Assembly (NCBI GenBank): GCA_977017575.1
Contig: CDRNVI010000032.1
Location: forward strand, 62,001-126,000
Direction: 5' to 3'
Source of the DNA: Paramoeba atlantica
Lineage: Eukaryota > Protista > Discosea
Length of the DNA stretch: 64,000 bases
Shown here: positions 9,455 to 20,648 of the stretch, piece by piece
Position numbering within the stretch: the first letter of the stretch is position 1
Layout: every line of letters begins with the position of its first letter
Position numbers and translations under genes: made by a program
Notes under the pieces: generated by a model
The model's input: only the letters and a program-made list of their open reading frames with translations
What the model was told of the DNA's origin: nothing
Database searches by the model: none

Positions 9455-12124
9455 TCAAAAAATATCCTCTTCCCTGCACTCTGTGCAGCGTATGTACAAT
9501 AAAGAATTTCGCAGCGGAACATTTTCAGAAATTCGTTCCGGATAGGTATTGGAGATACGCGTGTCCGGAAGAAAACAGAAACCGTCATCTTGTTTTGAAG
9601 TCCGTGTGGAATGTGCGCTGGAATCCTGTGACTCATACTGGGAAGGACTTAAGTGCTCAAAGCAGTAAGAGTGAGTGCATGATATACAAAGAAATAACAC
9701 TCCACCACTTGCCGGGCACGATTTTTGACAAACATGACAGAAATGTCGTGGACACGAAAACGGTTTCCGTACTGTCTGTATTTCCTCGATACAAGAAAGA
9801 TGATAGTTCTTAGGACAATAATTACAAGGGAGAGCGTCACATGGACTCACATACTCGTGACAAATAAAACATGTGGAGCTATATCGGAACGCATTTCTGC
9901 TTGTCAGTGAACCGCAATTCAATCGTAATTTTTTAGAACCAATGACTCTACCATCGGTATCATCCACCATTTCTCCTATGCCTTGTTCCATAAGTCCGGT
10001 ATCGTCTTGGACCGATTCAGACAGATTAATCTCCAAGTCGAACTCGCCGCTCTGACTTCGAAGTTTCTGCATCCACTTGTCTACGCATCGCAGTACCTCG
10101 GAGGAAATCTCCTTTCTCGCATTCTTACAACCCATCGCCTCCAAATCTTCAATACTTGCACAATACGAGCTGCGTTCGACACCGTGTTCCACGCCATCAC
10201 GAAGCACTTCCGATCCCAGGCGACTTTTATCACTTGAGACAACATTGATACGTTCTTCCACACTGTCCTGAAGCAGAAATCGATACACTTGGACGTCACG
10301 AGTTTGCCCTAGTCGGTGAATCCGATCGATAGCCTGTTCATCCACTGTGGGGTTGAAATGAGGGTCTAGAAGAATAGCGGTGTCTGCCCCGACCAGAGAA
10401 ATTCCCACACCTCCGGTAGTAGTGGTGACAAGGTAGGCAAAAATCGAGGAATGGGGTCGGTTGAATACCTGCATGTCCAAATCCCGTCGGGAATACGGAG
10501 TGAGACCATCAAGACGGCAATAGGGATAGCTACGAAGCACACACAACACCTCGACAAGATCTAACATGGTGCGAAATGACGAAAAAATGACGACGCGATG
10601 ACCCTCATCGCGTAGCGACGGAAGTAATGCCTCGAGTTTGAGCAGTTTTGCAGAGGGAGAGCTGAGGGTGTCGAGGTTAAAAGCAGGAACACCTGCTCGG
10701 TGCAGTCTCATGTGTGCAGAATCATCCTGGGGAAGACTTTCGTTCGGTATATTCGATGAGAGAGATGAAAATGATACGCTGTTGTCGTGAAGAGGACTGC
10801 AAAGCTGACTTTTTCCGCTGTATAGCAAATCAATAAGATATGGATGACAGGCAACTTTACGCAAGTGCATGTAGGAGGACGTGATTTCTTTTCTCTGTAC
10901 TGCATCAGAGCATATTTTATGACAAAGAAGTCTTTGTTCCGGGGTGGGCTCCAGAAAAACGGTTTGAATGCGCTTTCGAGGAAGATCACGGAGAGTTTCA
11001 GATTTAGTGCGGCGTAGCATTACATACGGCATGAAACAAGATAGAAAATCTGAGACGGACTCGGATAGCCCATAAGCCTCGACTCCAGTGGCTTCCACCG
11101 ATGTTTCATATTCTGTAGAATCAGATATCACCAAATCCTCCTGAAGAAGACTGCAATGAAGAAAGGCTGCCAAACACCACAATTCGCGCATATGATTTTG
11201 TACAGGTGTTCCAGTCAGTGCAACGCGAAAGGGCGAAGTAATCTTTCGACACGTCTGCGTAATTTGCGAGCTAGACGTTTTAATGCTGTGAGCCTCATCC
11301 ACTACGACACACCGCCAATGAATTTTGTCAATAAAGTATGGTTTATCATTACACAATACCGTAGCTGTTGTTAGCATAACGTCGTACTCGCCTTGCCCAA
11401 TAAAAGAAGAGGAACGCATCTGCTTCCGACGGTCTTTGCTTCCGTGATATTTGACCACTTTTAGAGTTGGAGACCACCTAGCTAGTTCTCGCATCCAATT
11501 CGCTAAGGTTACATTGGGAGCCACGACGATACTTGGCGCGGCAAATTTACAAAATTTAGGATCATTGATCAAGTGTAAAAAGCAACATACTTGGGCTGTC
11601 TTCCCCATGCCCATGTCGTCGCCCAAAATTAGCCCCAAGTCACCTCGTTGATATTTTTGAAACATCCACTGCACTCCGCGATGTTGGTATGGACGGAGAA
11701 AAGGGTAGTTATCGGCTACTTCTGGTAATAAGATGTGATCATAATGATTCGGTACATCAAAAACTTTGCGAAGCGTGCTAGGATCCAAGGTTTCGTCAGG
11801 AATAGACTCATACTCTCCCGCCTCACGCAAGAGGTGCCTCACCTTCTTAATGTTTGAAAAATGGGTATTTGCTTTCTTGCAAAACAGTATCATTCTACGA
11901 TTTGCTTCGACTTCAATTTCTTCATTCCTTCTGCTTCGAGATAGTGCTTCCACAGCGTTTAGAGTGAACTTTCCGGAATCTTCATTTTTTCCCGAATCTT
12001 CTTTCGAGCAAACAATAGTGTCTGAGACGCCCCGAAATTTTATTTTTCTTATTGACTTGGATTCGAAAACTTTTGATTTCGGCTGAGCAAGCAATTTATC
12101 GAAAAGAAGAAAATCATCTGCCAT
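9455..12124 (-). CDS. SNF2-family chromatin-remodelling ATPase with C-terminal PHD/C5HCH-like zinc fingers
   Basis: LRPYQHRGVQW, GDDMGMGKT, VDEAH, LTGTPVQN, MLRRTK and QAIDRIHRLGQ. C-terminal CFIC...CNYCPKNYHLSC...CPRHFCHVC...CISCTHSYCFEH. Confidence 0.9.
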   Translation of the reverse strand: MADDFLLFDKLLAQPKSKVFESKSIRKIKFRGVSDTIVCSKEDSGKNEDSGKFTLNAVEALSRSRRNEEIEVEANRRMILFCKKANTHFSNIKKVRHLLREAGEYESIPDETLDPSTLRKVFDVPNHYDHILLPEVADNYPFLRPYQHRGVQWMFQKYQRGDLGLILGDDMGMGKTAQVCCFLHLINDPKFCKFAAPSIVVAPNVTLANWMRELARWSPTLKVVKYHGSKDRRKQMRSSSFIGQGEYDVMLTTATVLCNDKPYFIDKIHWRCVVVDEAHSIKTSSSQITQTCRKITSPFRVALTGTPVQNHMRELWCLAAFLHCSLLQEDLVISDSTEYETSVEATGVEAYGLSESVSDFLSCFMPYVMLRRTKSETLRDLPRKRIQTVFLEPTPEQRLLCHKICSDAVQRKEITSSYMHLRKVACHPYLIDLLYSGKSQLCSPLHDNSVSFSSLSSNIPNESLPQDDSAHMRLHRAGVPAFNLDTLSSPSAKLLKLEALLPSLRDEGHRVVIFSSFRTMLDLVEVLCVLRSYPYCRLDGLTPYSRRDLDMQVFNRPHSSIFAYLVTTTTGGVGISLVGADTAILLDPHFNPTVDEQAIDRIHRLGQTRDVQVYRFLLQDSVEERINVVSSDKSRLGSEVLRDGVEHGVERSSYCASIEDLEAMGCKNARKEISSEVLRCVDKWMQKLRSQSGEFDLEINLSESVQDDTGLMEQGIGEMVDDTDGRVIGSKKLRLNCGSLTSRNAFRYSSTCFICHEYVSPCDALPCNYCPKNYHLSCIEEIQTVRKPFSCPRHFCHVCQKSCPASGGVLFLCISCTHSYCFEHLSPSQYESQDSSAHSTRTSKQDDGFCFLPDTRISNTYPERISENVPLRNSLLYIRCTECREEDIF

Positions 12125-12130
12125 AACTGT

Positions 12131-12165
12131 CTAGAAAAAGCGATGCATAGAAAAATAAAGAAAGC
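12131..12165 (-). promoter_or_regulatory. Probable trans-splice acceptor (polypyrimidine tract + AG) upstream of the SNF2 gene
   Basis: The minus strand reads ctttctttatttttctatgcatcgctttttctAG|acagttATG. A pyrimidine tract and AG just 5' of the ATG is typical of kinetoplastid SL addition sites. Confidence 0.5.
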
Positions 12166-12703
12166 AATTTCTCTTATTCTATACAAAACAAGATTTCTAT
12201 ACAAAACAAGATTTCTACACAAAACAATAATTTTGTAGACCTCCCGGTATTTACAGTAAACTATTGAACTACAGTGCGAGATTAATTTACCGAAATACTA
12301 AATATTCTACGGATAAAGGATAAGAAATTGACGAATTTATATGCATTGTTTTCGAATGAATCTCTTTTTTATGCGAAACGAGAAATTTGTAAATCCCAAT
12401 ATTCTTTAAAACAAATTCAACGTTCTCCTTACAATATACAGTTACCCTATAAAAAATGTAGGGTAAGTATATACCAGATGTATACTATTCTTACCCTACA
12501 TACCAAAAAGAAACGCGTATCGTTTTTTATTTTGATGCTCCCCAGTATCTTTCTTAAAATTCACATCAGACTACAACGGCCGTGGCTAGCTGCTCTGAAA
12601 TAATATCCATCCTCTATAATGAAACCATAAGAACGAGAGCACGAACATATTTTTTCATAAGTATCATTCCCATATAAAGATTATCATATTGTGTACGCCA
12701 CAA

Positions 12704-13294
12704 CTACACCACCGTAATTCGTGTTCCGATTTGAAATAGATCACTGTTTGAATGCAACAAACGAGGAAGATTCGCTCTTTCTATCTTCCCTGAAAGCTGG
12801 GCGTTATCCTGCAAATAAAGCATGATCATATCTTTGGGCAATGAATCAAACTTTATTTCCCCGCTAAACAAATTGTCGTTAAGATAAAGGCGTTTAATGT
12901 TTGGAGGAAGAGAGGAGAAATCCAACTGCCCGGAAAAACGATTCTTCGCAGCGTGAAGAAGCAAGATACCGAATGGCAGTCCACACAAATTAACCCCACC
13001 ACTTAGTTCGTTTTCCTGCACGTATATTGTCTCCAGCGTTCGAGGAAGATAATCCCACTTTAGTTTTCCAGCCAATCGACGCCGATGCCAGATAAGATCT
13101 GTAACTTTGCTCAGGGAATCGCATTGCACCCCGTCCCATTCACAGGCAGAAGTAGCAGTGCTCCATGTAGGACTTGTGATCTCTATTTCCTGAATCAGAA
13201 CAGATAATTCGTATTCCTGCGGTAGAGCTGCCCCACGAACCTTACTTGGTCGTGCAGCAGAACGGGTACTATCTGCTGTAAATAAGAAGTCCAT
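12704..13294 (-). CDS. Short LRR protein (family member 1 of 10)
   Basis: N-terminal FTAD...RPSKVRG..LPQEYEL, W...ACEWDGVQC cap, then 24-aa LP..L..L.L..N.FSG.L repeats. Confidence 0.9.
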   Translation of the reverse strand: MDFLFTADSTRSAARPSKVRGAALPQEYELSVLIQEIEITSPTWSTATSACEWDGVQCDSLSKVTDLIWHRRRLAGKLKWDYLPRTLETIYVQENELSGGVNLCGLPFGILLLHAAKNRFSGQLDFSSLPPNIKRLYLNDNLFSGEIKFDSLPKDMIMLYLQDNAQLSGKIERANLPRLLHSNSDLFQIGTRITVV

Positions 13295-13508
13295 GTGATA
13301 TAGTCTCGATTAAATAAAAGGATGAAGTACAGTGTAGAGAAACCTAATTACCGATGAAATAGAGAAGGTTATAACTACATGCTCTAGAGGCGAACCCTAC
13401 AAATACCGGTGACACGATCATTAAGTAAGTCCGTAACACACAAAATTAGTTAGTAAGCTAAAAAGTGCGCTAAACAACTTCTTTCCGTACCACGTTTTCT
13501 AAAGCAAC

Positions 13509-16500
13509 TTAAGAAACCTGCGCCGCTCTATTTTTGGCAACAATGCGTCCAATGAAATTCTTCAACTCGTCACCGGGGTTTTTTAAAAACTCAACGCGAC
13601 GGCGTGTATTGTTCAGAATAGCCAATGCCCTAGGCTTCAAGGGACCATCCACCATAGCCATGGGTTCTAGTTCGGAAGATAAGCCTTCCACTGTAAATTG
13701 AAAACACGGAAAACATTCTCGGAGTTCCCACAACAGAATGAGAGCATTGTGTTGCACATATTGCAGCGGATGACGGAGAGCTGCCAGAACTCGAGAGAAA
13801 ATAAGAACTTCCGTAATCCAATTTTGAGTTATCCCTTCAAGTAGTTCCGCCAGAAAAATACCAACATAAGTACTTTCAGCAGTTGTATAGGCAAAAATAA
13901 AATGCAAAAAAGCGCGCAGATACCAAACAAGCTCTTCAGAACTAAAAGATCCATAAAGCTTGAGAAAAATTGCGCTATATAACGCATCCTCTGGATTTCG
14001 AAGAACGCGTTGCATCAACTGATGAATCGACACGCAGAAGTCCGAATAACATTTTCGAATCTCACGGAAGTAAATCTCAACATTTGAGCAACGAGATTTA
14101 TGCATAGTTTGCTCTTGTTGAATAAGCAGGTTCAGTGTGTCAAAGAATTTCTTGTTAGAGCTTTCCAGTGCAGTGGATTCGGTTTCGGATCGAGTGACTT
14201 CCTGTTGCACAAAGTTTAATGCGGTTGCGTAGGCTTCATCAAGGAAGAGAACATCACAAAGGGAATGATGATCAAACATGACTTTGTTAACAGTTTTAGA
14301 ATCGCTCGTATACTGAAGATACACAAGAATATCGTGGCACATAGTCTGCAGCTTTCGTATCATAGATAAGCGTTCCGTAGATGTTGATCCGCTGGTGTCA
14401 TCATCTCGATAAATTTCAGGAATCGAATTCTTTAAATTCTTCATTCGCAAATAGAATTCAGATCCCCACTTGCGAAGCACAGCAAAAATGCGGTAAAAAT
14501 TAGAAAACCATAACTGAAGTGTCAAGTTAAGATCGCATGATTTGGTTTGATTGAACAAACTGTATCCCCCGGATACAAACCAACGTGTTATTGGGCCGCA
14601 ACACAAGGCTTTGAGCTGCATAGGACTCCACGTTGTCTCGCTGAATGTTGGAAGTAAGAGCATGTGATCTTGTAAACTAGACCAGTAGCAGATTTGCACA
14701 ACAGGGAAAATAGATCGGAGCATGCTACAAAAAAATTCATCCACGGTCAAAGCCTCAAAATGATGTCGCCAGACAATAACAAATAAGTCGGTAGCGCTCT
14801 TGATTCTATTTAAAGCCTGGAGACCTCTACGTTCACACATCTGCACAACATACGAGTTAACTTCCTTAAAAAAAAATTGAAGCAAGCGGACTTGAGAAGC
14901 CATTAAAACAGGATCGTTGTATCCAACGGCTTGTTCAATTAGTTTCTCAATGATCGTGTACGGATAGCAGCTTGTAATCGGTAGCAACATACGCGCATAA
15001 GATTCTCCGTTTTGCGGCGTTACTCTTCGAATTACGTAGGCCAGAACTTCTTCATTTTTTACTCTCTCTGCCACAATTTCTGGTTCGCAAGTTTCAAGTG
15101 GAAGGCGTTCATACTCTGGGAGCAGCGAAGCTGCAGATTGTATTATAGGGCATAATATCACCGCAGGGGAAGCCTGCGTCTTTAAAAAGCTTTTATTCTC
15201 TCGATACCAAGATTGCTTGAGTAGCAAACATAGCAAAGAAGGATCCAACCCCAGTCGATACCCTATAGAGAGTAATATTTGCTTTGGAAAGTGCAGAGGT
15301 TGCCGACGAAGAGCAGCCAATGCAGCTACATCAATACGTCTATTCTGTTCAGGTGGTGAGTAGTCCATGGGATGAAATTCTGAACATAGGCGTAAAGCAA
15401 GATCCGCGGATTCAAGATCATCGTTTGCGAGAGCCGCGGCAATGTAATCCAAGCACTGATTTTCAATTAAGGAGTGTGGGATCGATAAGGGATGTGACGA
15501 CACAAATTCCAATTCCCCCCTTTTATCGCCTTCTAACGCAATTCTTGTTTTTTTCTCCTGAGCCCGTTTCATTCGAGCTTCATAATATTTTATCGCATCC
15601 TCCTTCCATGAGCGAGGCGCCACTTTTTCGAGGCACGACCATATAAAGGAAAACGGTAGCAAACGATGTTTAACCAAAAGCGAGGCGATGAACACTCTTC
15701 TCCATGAGAATCTTTTTGCTGCTGTCGAGGCGTCCTTTATTGAAACAAAAATGGGGGACGAGTTAGAAACGCGAAACCACATAATATGCTTGAGACTCTC
15801 TTCCAGGTGGGGTATCGTTTTTTTTCCCAAAAAGAGAATACGCTCAATTTCCTGATCACAGTTTGCGGATTCTAGGCACATCAGGAAAATATCTGCTGAA
15901 ATCCATGCGTGGATTCGATGCCTAAACAGATGAGACCACAAAAGTGTCTGCGAGTCTTTTAGAGGCAAGACTAACATACGAGAAAAAACAGTGACAAGAC
16001 GCGCAATCCCATAACGAGACTCCTCGTAACGCTGAACCATTGGAAACTTCATGCAGCTCATTGCCCAATGTTTACGACGTATTTGTTGGGCTTGCTGAAG
16101 AGAAACGAATGTCGAATAGCGAGCCCCATAATGTTTTTTGCCAATCTCGTCGACGTCCGGAAAATCTCCTGGATGTATGAGCACTTTCAAGAGAGATTGA
16201 AAGTCAGCTTCATCTTGAAATAATTTCTCACGTAGAGAAACTTTTTTTGCGCACGATGCGTGACGCTGTACTTCGCTCCAGTTGTACAAATGTAAAGAGG
16301 AATACAGGTCGATTTGAGTAGGCTGCATTCCCAACCATGTTAAATCCATAATTGAAATAGACGGATTTTCGACTAAAATTCCTGATTCACTGACCTGAGC
16401 TGCGCACGTTTTATCCACACTATTTTCTTGGCCAGATGACTCCATGTGCTTCGATTTTTTGATTGATTTTTCTTCGGTTTCGCCAAATGTGCTGTCGCGT

Positions 16501-16619
16501 TTCGGTTTTACAGCGACTTGACTTATTTTGGGAAGCATTCGAGTAGATACCCGGGGTCTCGAAGTTGTAGATTTGGTGTGCGAACTTGCAGAATCGTGAT
16601 TTTTCTTGTACTTTTCCAT
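13509..16619 (-). CDS. THOC2: THO complex subunit 2 (THOC2/Tho2)-like
   Basis: YVIRRVTPQNGESYARMLLPITSCYPYTIIEKLIEQAVGYNDPV resembles THOC2 (YIMKRLTKENVK..GRQIGKLSHSNP.I.FDYILSQIQKYDN). MQLKALCCGP resembles QL.A..GG. Likely start MEKYKK at 16619. Confidence 0.7.
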   Translation of the reverse strand: MEKYKKNHDSASSHTKSTTSRPRVSTRMLPKISQVAVKPKRDSTFGETEEKSIKKSKHMESSGQENSVDKTCAAQVSESGILVENPSISIMDLTWLGMQPTQIDLYSSLHLYNWSEVQRHASCAKKVSLREKLFQDEADFQSLLKVLIHPGDFPDVDEIGKKHYGARYSTFVSLQQAQQIRRKHWAMSCMKFPMVQRYEESRYGIARLVTVFSRMLVLPLKDSQTLLWSHLFRHRIHAWISADIFLMCLESANCDQEIERILFLGKKTIPHLEESLKHIMWFRVSNSSPIFVSIKDASTAAKRFSWRRVFIASLLVKHRLLPFSFIWSCLEKVAPRSWKEDAIKYYEARMKRAQEKKTRIALEGDKRGELEFVSSHPLSIPHSLIENQCLDYIAAALANDDLESADLALRLCSEFHPMDYSPPEQNRRIDVAALAALRRQPLHFPKQILLSIGYRLGLDPSLLCLLLKQSWYRENKSFLKTQASPAVILCPIIQSAASLLPEYERLPLETCEPEIVAERVKNEEVLAYVIRRVTPQNGESYARMLLPITSCYPYTIIEKLIEQAVGYNDPVLMASQVRLLQFFFKEVNSYVVQMCERRGLQALNRIKSATDLFVIVWRHHFEALTVDEFFCSMLRSIFPVVQICYWSSLQDHMLLLPTFSETTWSPMQLKALCCGPITRWFVSGGYSLFNQTKSCDLNLTLQLWFSNFYRIFAVLRKWGSEFYLRMKNLKNSIPEIYRDDDTSGSTSTERLSMIRKLQTMCHDILVYLQYTSDSKTVNKVMFDHHSLCDVLFLDEAYATALNFVQQEVTRSETESTALESSNKKFFDTLNLLIQQEQTMHKSRCSNVEIYFREIRKCYSDFCVSIHQLMQRVLRNPEDALYSAIFLKLYGSFSSEELVWYLRAFLHFIFAYTTAESTYVGIFLAELLEGITQNWITEVLIFSRVLAALRHPLQYVQHNALILLWELRECFPCFQFTVEGLSSELEPMAMVDGPLKPRALAILNNTRRRVEFLKNPGDELKNFIGRIVAKNRAAQVS

Positions 16620-17070
16620 TACTTTGCTTAAAAGTATTCGTGTACGGCAGGTACAATGCAAAAGTTTGCAAGAAAAAAAAGATACAGGTAAAAGTTAGGG
16701 AGAATGTTTAAGAAATTACGGTAGCAACTTTAAAAGTTTATGTAAAAGTAGTTTCGAAAGCCAAAATCAGTTAAGAATAACCAAATTCATCTCGCACGTA
16801 TTTTTTACGTACTTAAAAATCGGAAGATGTACAAATTAAAGAGTAAAAGTGTAAAAAGTATAGATTACTACACGAGTTCAAAATCCGTGGAAATAGTATT
16901 TTCAGCTCCACGTATTGGGGGAAATATCCAAAGAAAGAGCGATGTGGTATTTAGAATGAGTCTTAAAGCTATGATATTAAGCAAAAAAAGTGCTTTAGAA
17001 GGGATTCTCGAGGCAGCGACGGCACGAATGTATGTTTCTTCCAGAAAAGAACTTAGAAACGTCTTTCCTG

Positions 17071-18837
17071 TCATTCTCGTTTAACAATTTCAGTTTTACA
17101 GAGAGGACAACTGTTGTTATCCTTTGCCCATGCCTCCATGCATGAAATGTGGAATGTGTGATCGCATTTAAGAACAGTTAGTTCCACCTCTTTTTTGTAT
17201 TCTTCCAAGCAAATAGTACAGCGCACCTCTCCGTCTCCATCAAACACTTTGCGATTTTCCAGATACTCTAATTCTGACGCTTTCACACCTGTGTTTACCT
17301 TCCCAATACGATCTTCCAATTCCAGAAGCTGCTCATAGGAGTAGTTATCAATATCTCCTGTGAGACCCATTTCCCGTTGCTGCACCACTTCATTTAACAC
17401 ATTCAACGAATCCAACATGGAACGTAGATTCGCATTCGACACCCCTTGCGCGCGACCACGTCCACGGCTACGTGAGTTTGGGGCACCGGAACCCAACGCA
17501 CGCATCATTTGCTGCATAAACGGAACCATCGCGTTGAATTCATTTCCCTCCAACGTGTCGGAATCCTCCTCTCCTGGGTCGGGGATCCCAAGCAGAATCC
17601 CACCGGCTAACGGATTGAAATCAAAATTGGGTGTCTCCTCTGTGGCATACGCATACGCTGGAGGAGAGATCCCATGAAAGCGAGACCGACGGTACGTTTC
17701 GGGTTGATTTCGGTTCCCTCGACGACGACGATTCGGGCGTCGTCGAGACCGGGAAGAATGGTCAGAGGGACGCGTATGCGTTTCTCCATCTTCTCTTTCT
17801 TCCCTATCGTTTGAATTCAAATTTGTCTCAGTTTGTTCAGAGGGGTAGACATAGGTGTAGGTCGCAGTCCCGGTCGTGGGCAGTGGTGTTCTGTGGGTGT
17901 CGGTCTCCAGAGGATCGGAAGTTGCCTCGGGAATGTGGGGAAATGAAATGGATGGGCGGTTGGAGGGGTGGGGAGAGGAGATGGGCAAAGGGGCACGATC
18001 TCGTGAAGAGGAGAAGGAAGAAGAAGCAGGGTGATTCACCGGTCCTCTTCGTGAAGTTGACGAAGGCGTTTTCTCGGGTTTCTTTTGCGTTTGTAATTCT
18101 GCCTGGTCTACCTGGGTCGTTAAACTGGCTTTTGATTTTGCGCGCTCATGAGAGGGGAGAGAAGATGTCACAGGACGAGAAGGAAGGGAGGGAGCGGAAG
18201 ACACAGAGGCAAGGCGTTGGGAGGAGCGCTGAGATACGGAAACAGGAACGGATTCTCGGATAGGGGAAGAACTCGGCAAAGCAGGTATATGGCTTGTGGC
18301 AGATCGTGATGACCTATATTGAGGTGGAGGTTGAACTGAGATATTCCGGGGATTTGTTCCAGCCGCAGTGCTGGGACGAGACCGGACTGGAGTAGATTGC
18401 GGGCTTACGGAAATGCGATTTACGCGGGATATGATTTTAGCATGTGTTGCACGACCCTTGTGCACAGCTTTTGGGGGTGTACGTTGGAGAGAAGGATCAC
18501 AACTGCTCCCAGAATGTGTAAGGTCAATTGTAACAGGTGGAGCTGTAGACTTTGTTGGGGTTGTAGGAGTCACCCGAGTGGTGCGCTGGTCACCGTAAGG
18601 TTCCGAATCACGCGTCGATACGGACGTGTGGATAAAATCATATTTTGGTAAAACTTCGACTTTACCTACTTGCGTTGATGGTAAGACGTTCCTGGATTTG
18701 TAATGTACAACTGTTTCATTTCTGGCCTTTTTCCCGATTTTCGTTTTTGATTTTGTTTGAACAGTAGGTGAGTCGTCAGCAGAAACTGAAAATTCACCAT
18801 CGTTTGTAGCTCGCATTCGTTTCAAATTTCTACTCAT
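17071..18837 (-). CDS. RING-H2 E3 ubiquitin ligase with a long disordered N-terminus
   Basis: DIDNYSYEQLLELEDRIGKVNTG followed by CTICLEEY...LKCDHTFH..C...W......CPLC. Confidence 0.85.
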   Translation of the reverse strand: MSRNLKRMRATNDGEFSVSADDSPTVQTKSKTKIGKKARNETVVHYKSRNVLPSTQVGKVEVLPKYDFIHTSVSTRDSEPYGDQRTTRVTPTTPTKSTAPPVTIDLTHSGSSCDPSLQRTPPKAVHKGRATHAKIISRVNRISVSPQSTPVRSRPSTAAGTNPRNISVQPPPQYRSSRSATSHIPALPSSSPIRESVPVSVSQRSSQRLASVSSAPSLPSRPVTSSLPSHERAKSKASLTTQVDQAELQTQKKPEKTPSSTSRRGPVNHPASSSFSSSRDRAPLPISSPHPSNRPSISFPHIPEATSDPLETDTHRTPLPTTGTATYTYVYPSEQTETNLNSNDREEREDGETHTRPSDHSSRSRRRPNRRRRGNRNQPETYRRSRFHGISPPAYAYATEETPNFDFNPLAGGILLGIPDPGEEDSDTLEGNEFNAMVPFMQQMMRALGSGAPNSRSRGRGRAQGVSNANLRSMLDSLNVLNEVVQQREMGLTGDIDNYSYEQLLELEDRIGKVNTGVKASELEYLENRKVFDGDGEVRCTICLEEYKKEVELTVLKCDHTFHISCMEAWAKDNNSCPLCKTEIVKRE

Positions 18838-19106
18838 GCTCCATTTGATCTTTCATAAAATGATACACAAATTCTATTTCATACTTTTTTTCATACTACT
18901 CAGGGAACAAACGCCATAAGATCTCTTCAAAAGATCAGTCTTCCTATAAAAAATTAGTGTATCAATATACAGAAAGATATACGGAAAGATGTTCGATTCC
19001 TATACTGAGAAGATTTAGCCTTTCACAGGTTTCAGTGAAAGCCGACGGGAGCAATTTTTTCACGTTTGCTTTTTCTAGGTTTTCGTTTCCAGAAACATTC
19101 ATTCTC

Positions 19107-20519
19107 CTACATGGATGTAGAAACGTGTTCATTAATGTGTATACCATTTAAAATAGAAGAAATGACTGCACTCAAGACGAAAAAAATGTCAAACAAGCGG
19201 TAATACTCAGCATATTGCGTGTGGTTGCCGAAGGCACGTTCCAGAAAAAACCGGTGATGCTCTGGTATAGCTGAGCGAGAGAGTATAACCGTGCCCAAAC
19301 AGTACAATCCTAGAAACTCAGAAATGAGAAGTACTATGGAGGACGGGCGCAGAAAAGACATGTGCCAGGTCAAAAACTTTAAGATACTCAAAAGTACCGA
19401 ACGAAACGATGTCGCCAGTAGAAGTAAGAGAAAAGCAAATGAGGCTACATTTATTTTGGACAAGGAAAGAGTTGAACCATAATCCGATTCAGACCAAAGA
19501 GATAAAATGCGCAGGATTCGGAGTACCGGTGCCTCGCTTGTTGCCATAGTATACGACCCAATGAGAAGAGTAATAGAACTTGCCAATACTTTAAGAATGC
19601 CAATGATACCAATGACAAGACAAATTCCTAGTTGAACTCTACCGGCCCATGATTGTCGCATACGCACCAGTTCCATACGTTCTGCAATTTCCTGAGATTG
19701 AAGGGCCAGATAATGCTCCATCTTTCGCAAGCTTTCAATCTCCTGCCGCAAAACCGTAAGGTCGACGACGACAGAATGGGAATCTCTTTTAGAAAAATTC
19801 CTTTCCTCATTCCAGGGCGATCGAAACACAGAGTGTAGTTTTGACCCCAATGAAGAGACGGCAGAAGTTAATCCGTGTACCTGCGCCTTCCCATCTGAAA
19901 CCCCTGCCTCCTGCATAGCCACCAATCTCTCCTTCTCCTCTAGCGCGGCTACCATACATGTCTGAGCGTTCTTTAGCTCCGTCGCTTGCGCCATCGCCTC
20001 TGTTGGAAAATACAGCGACAGTAAATACTGACCAAACGTAACCACGGTACTGTGGCCGGCAAAACTTGCCAGCACCATAACCGCCGCGCGACTGACCGTT
20101 TGGGTCAAAAACACAAGCGCTGGACGGGAGCCCCCGCCGGAGCCGTGGAACACAAAACCCACCACCGCGAGCAGGGAGAGGGCTCGATACAGGTTGCGTA
20201 TCCTCCCCGGGGACCACCCCGTCCAGCGGTCCCCCGTGATCTCCCGCAGCGTACGCATCGGGAGGACAAACCCGAGAAGTGTGAAGCACAGAAACAAGGA
20301 AAGGTTCCAGAGTGTGAGACGAAGCGTGGGGGTGCCGTAGTGCACGCACTCCAGCAAGAGAAGGAAGAACAGGGAGAGGCCCAGGGTGAAGATGGCATGG
20401 AAGAGGTGACGCAGGGGGAGACGGTGGACGCCCGGGAGGGCAAGACGAGAGAGGAAGAGGGAGGCGAAACGGTAGCTGGAGCCGTAGAGAACGGTGTAGA
20501 GCGTGGCCTCGGCTAGCAT
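19107..20519 (-). CDS. GPR89: GPR89/Golgi pH regulator (GPHR) family multi-pass membrane protein
   Basis: About 9 hydrophobic segments. LFHAIFTLGLSLFFLLLLE and AVMVLASFAGHSTV (cf. GV..MA.LSGFGAV). Central soluble coiled region and a C-terminal FDIFFVLSA. Confidence 0.8.
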   Translation of the reverse strand: MLAEATLYTVLYGSSYRFASLFLSRLALPGVHRLPLRHLFHAIFTLGLSLFFLLLLECVHYGTPTLRLTLWNLSLFLCFTLLGFVLPMRTLREITGDRWTGWSPGRIRNLYRALSLLAVVGFVFHGSGGGSRPALVFLTQTVSRAAVMVLASFAGHSTVVTFGQYLLSLYFPTEAMAQATELKNAQTCMVAALEEKERLVAMQEAGVSDGKAQVHGLTSAVSSLGSKLHSVFRSPWNEERNFSKRDSHSVVVDLTVLRQEIESLRKMEHYLALQSQEIAERMELVRMRQSWAGRVQLGICLVIGIIGILKVLASSITLLIGSYTMATSEAPVLRILRILSLWSESDYGSTLSLSKINVASFAFLLLLLATSFRSVLLSILKFLTWHMSFLRPSSIVLLISEFLGLYCLGTVILSRSAIPEHHRFFLERAFGNHTQYAEYYRLFDIFFVLSAVISSILNGIHINEHVSTSM

Positions 20520-20648
20520 AGGAGGTGGGAGGGAAGGGGATTACAGGGGGGAGTGACGGAGGGATGCGTGGTTGCGTTGCTCATGAGAACAAAGGATGGG
20601 AAGGTGTTGTAGGGATATGGCGATAGTGCACTGCTTTTTTCGTACATA

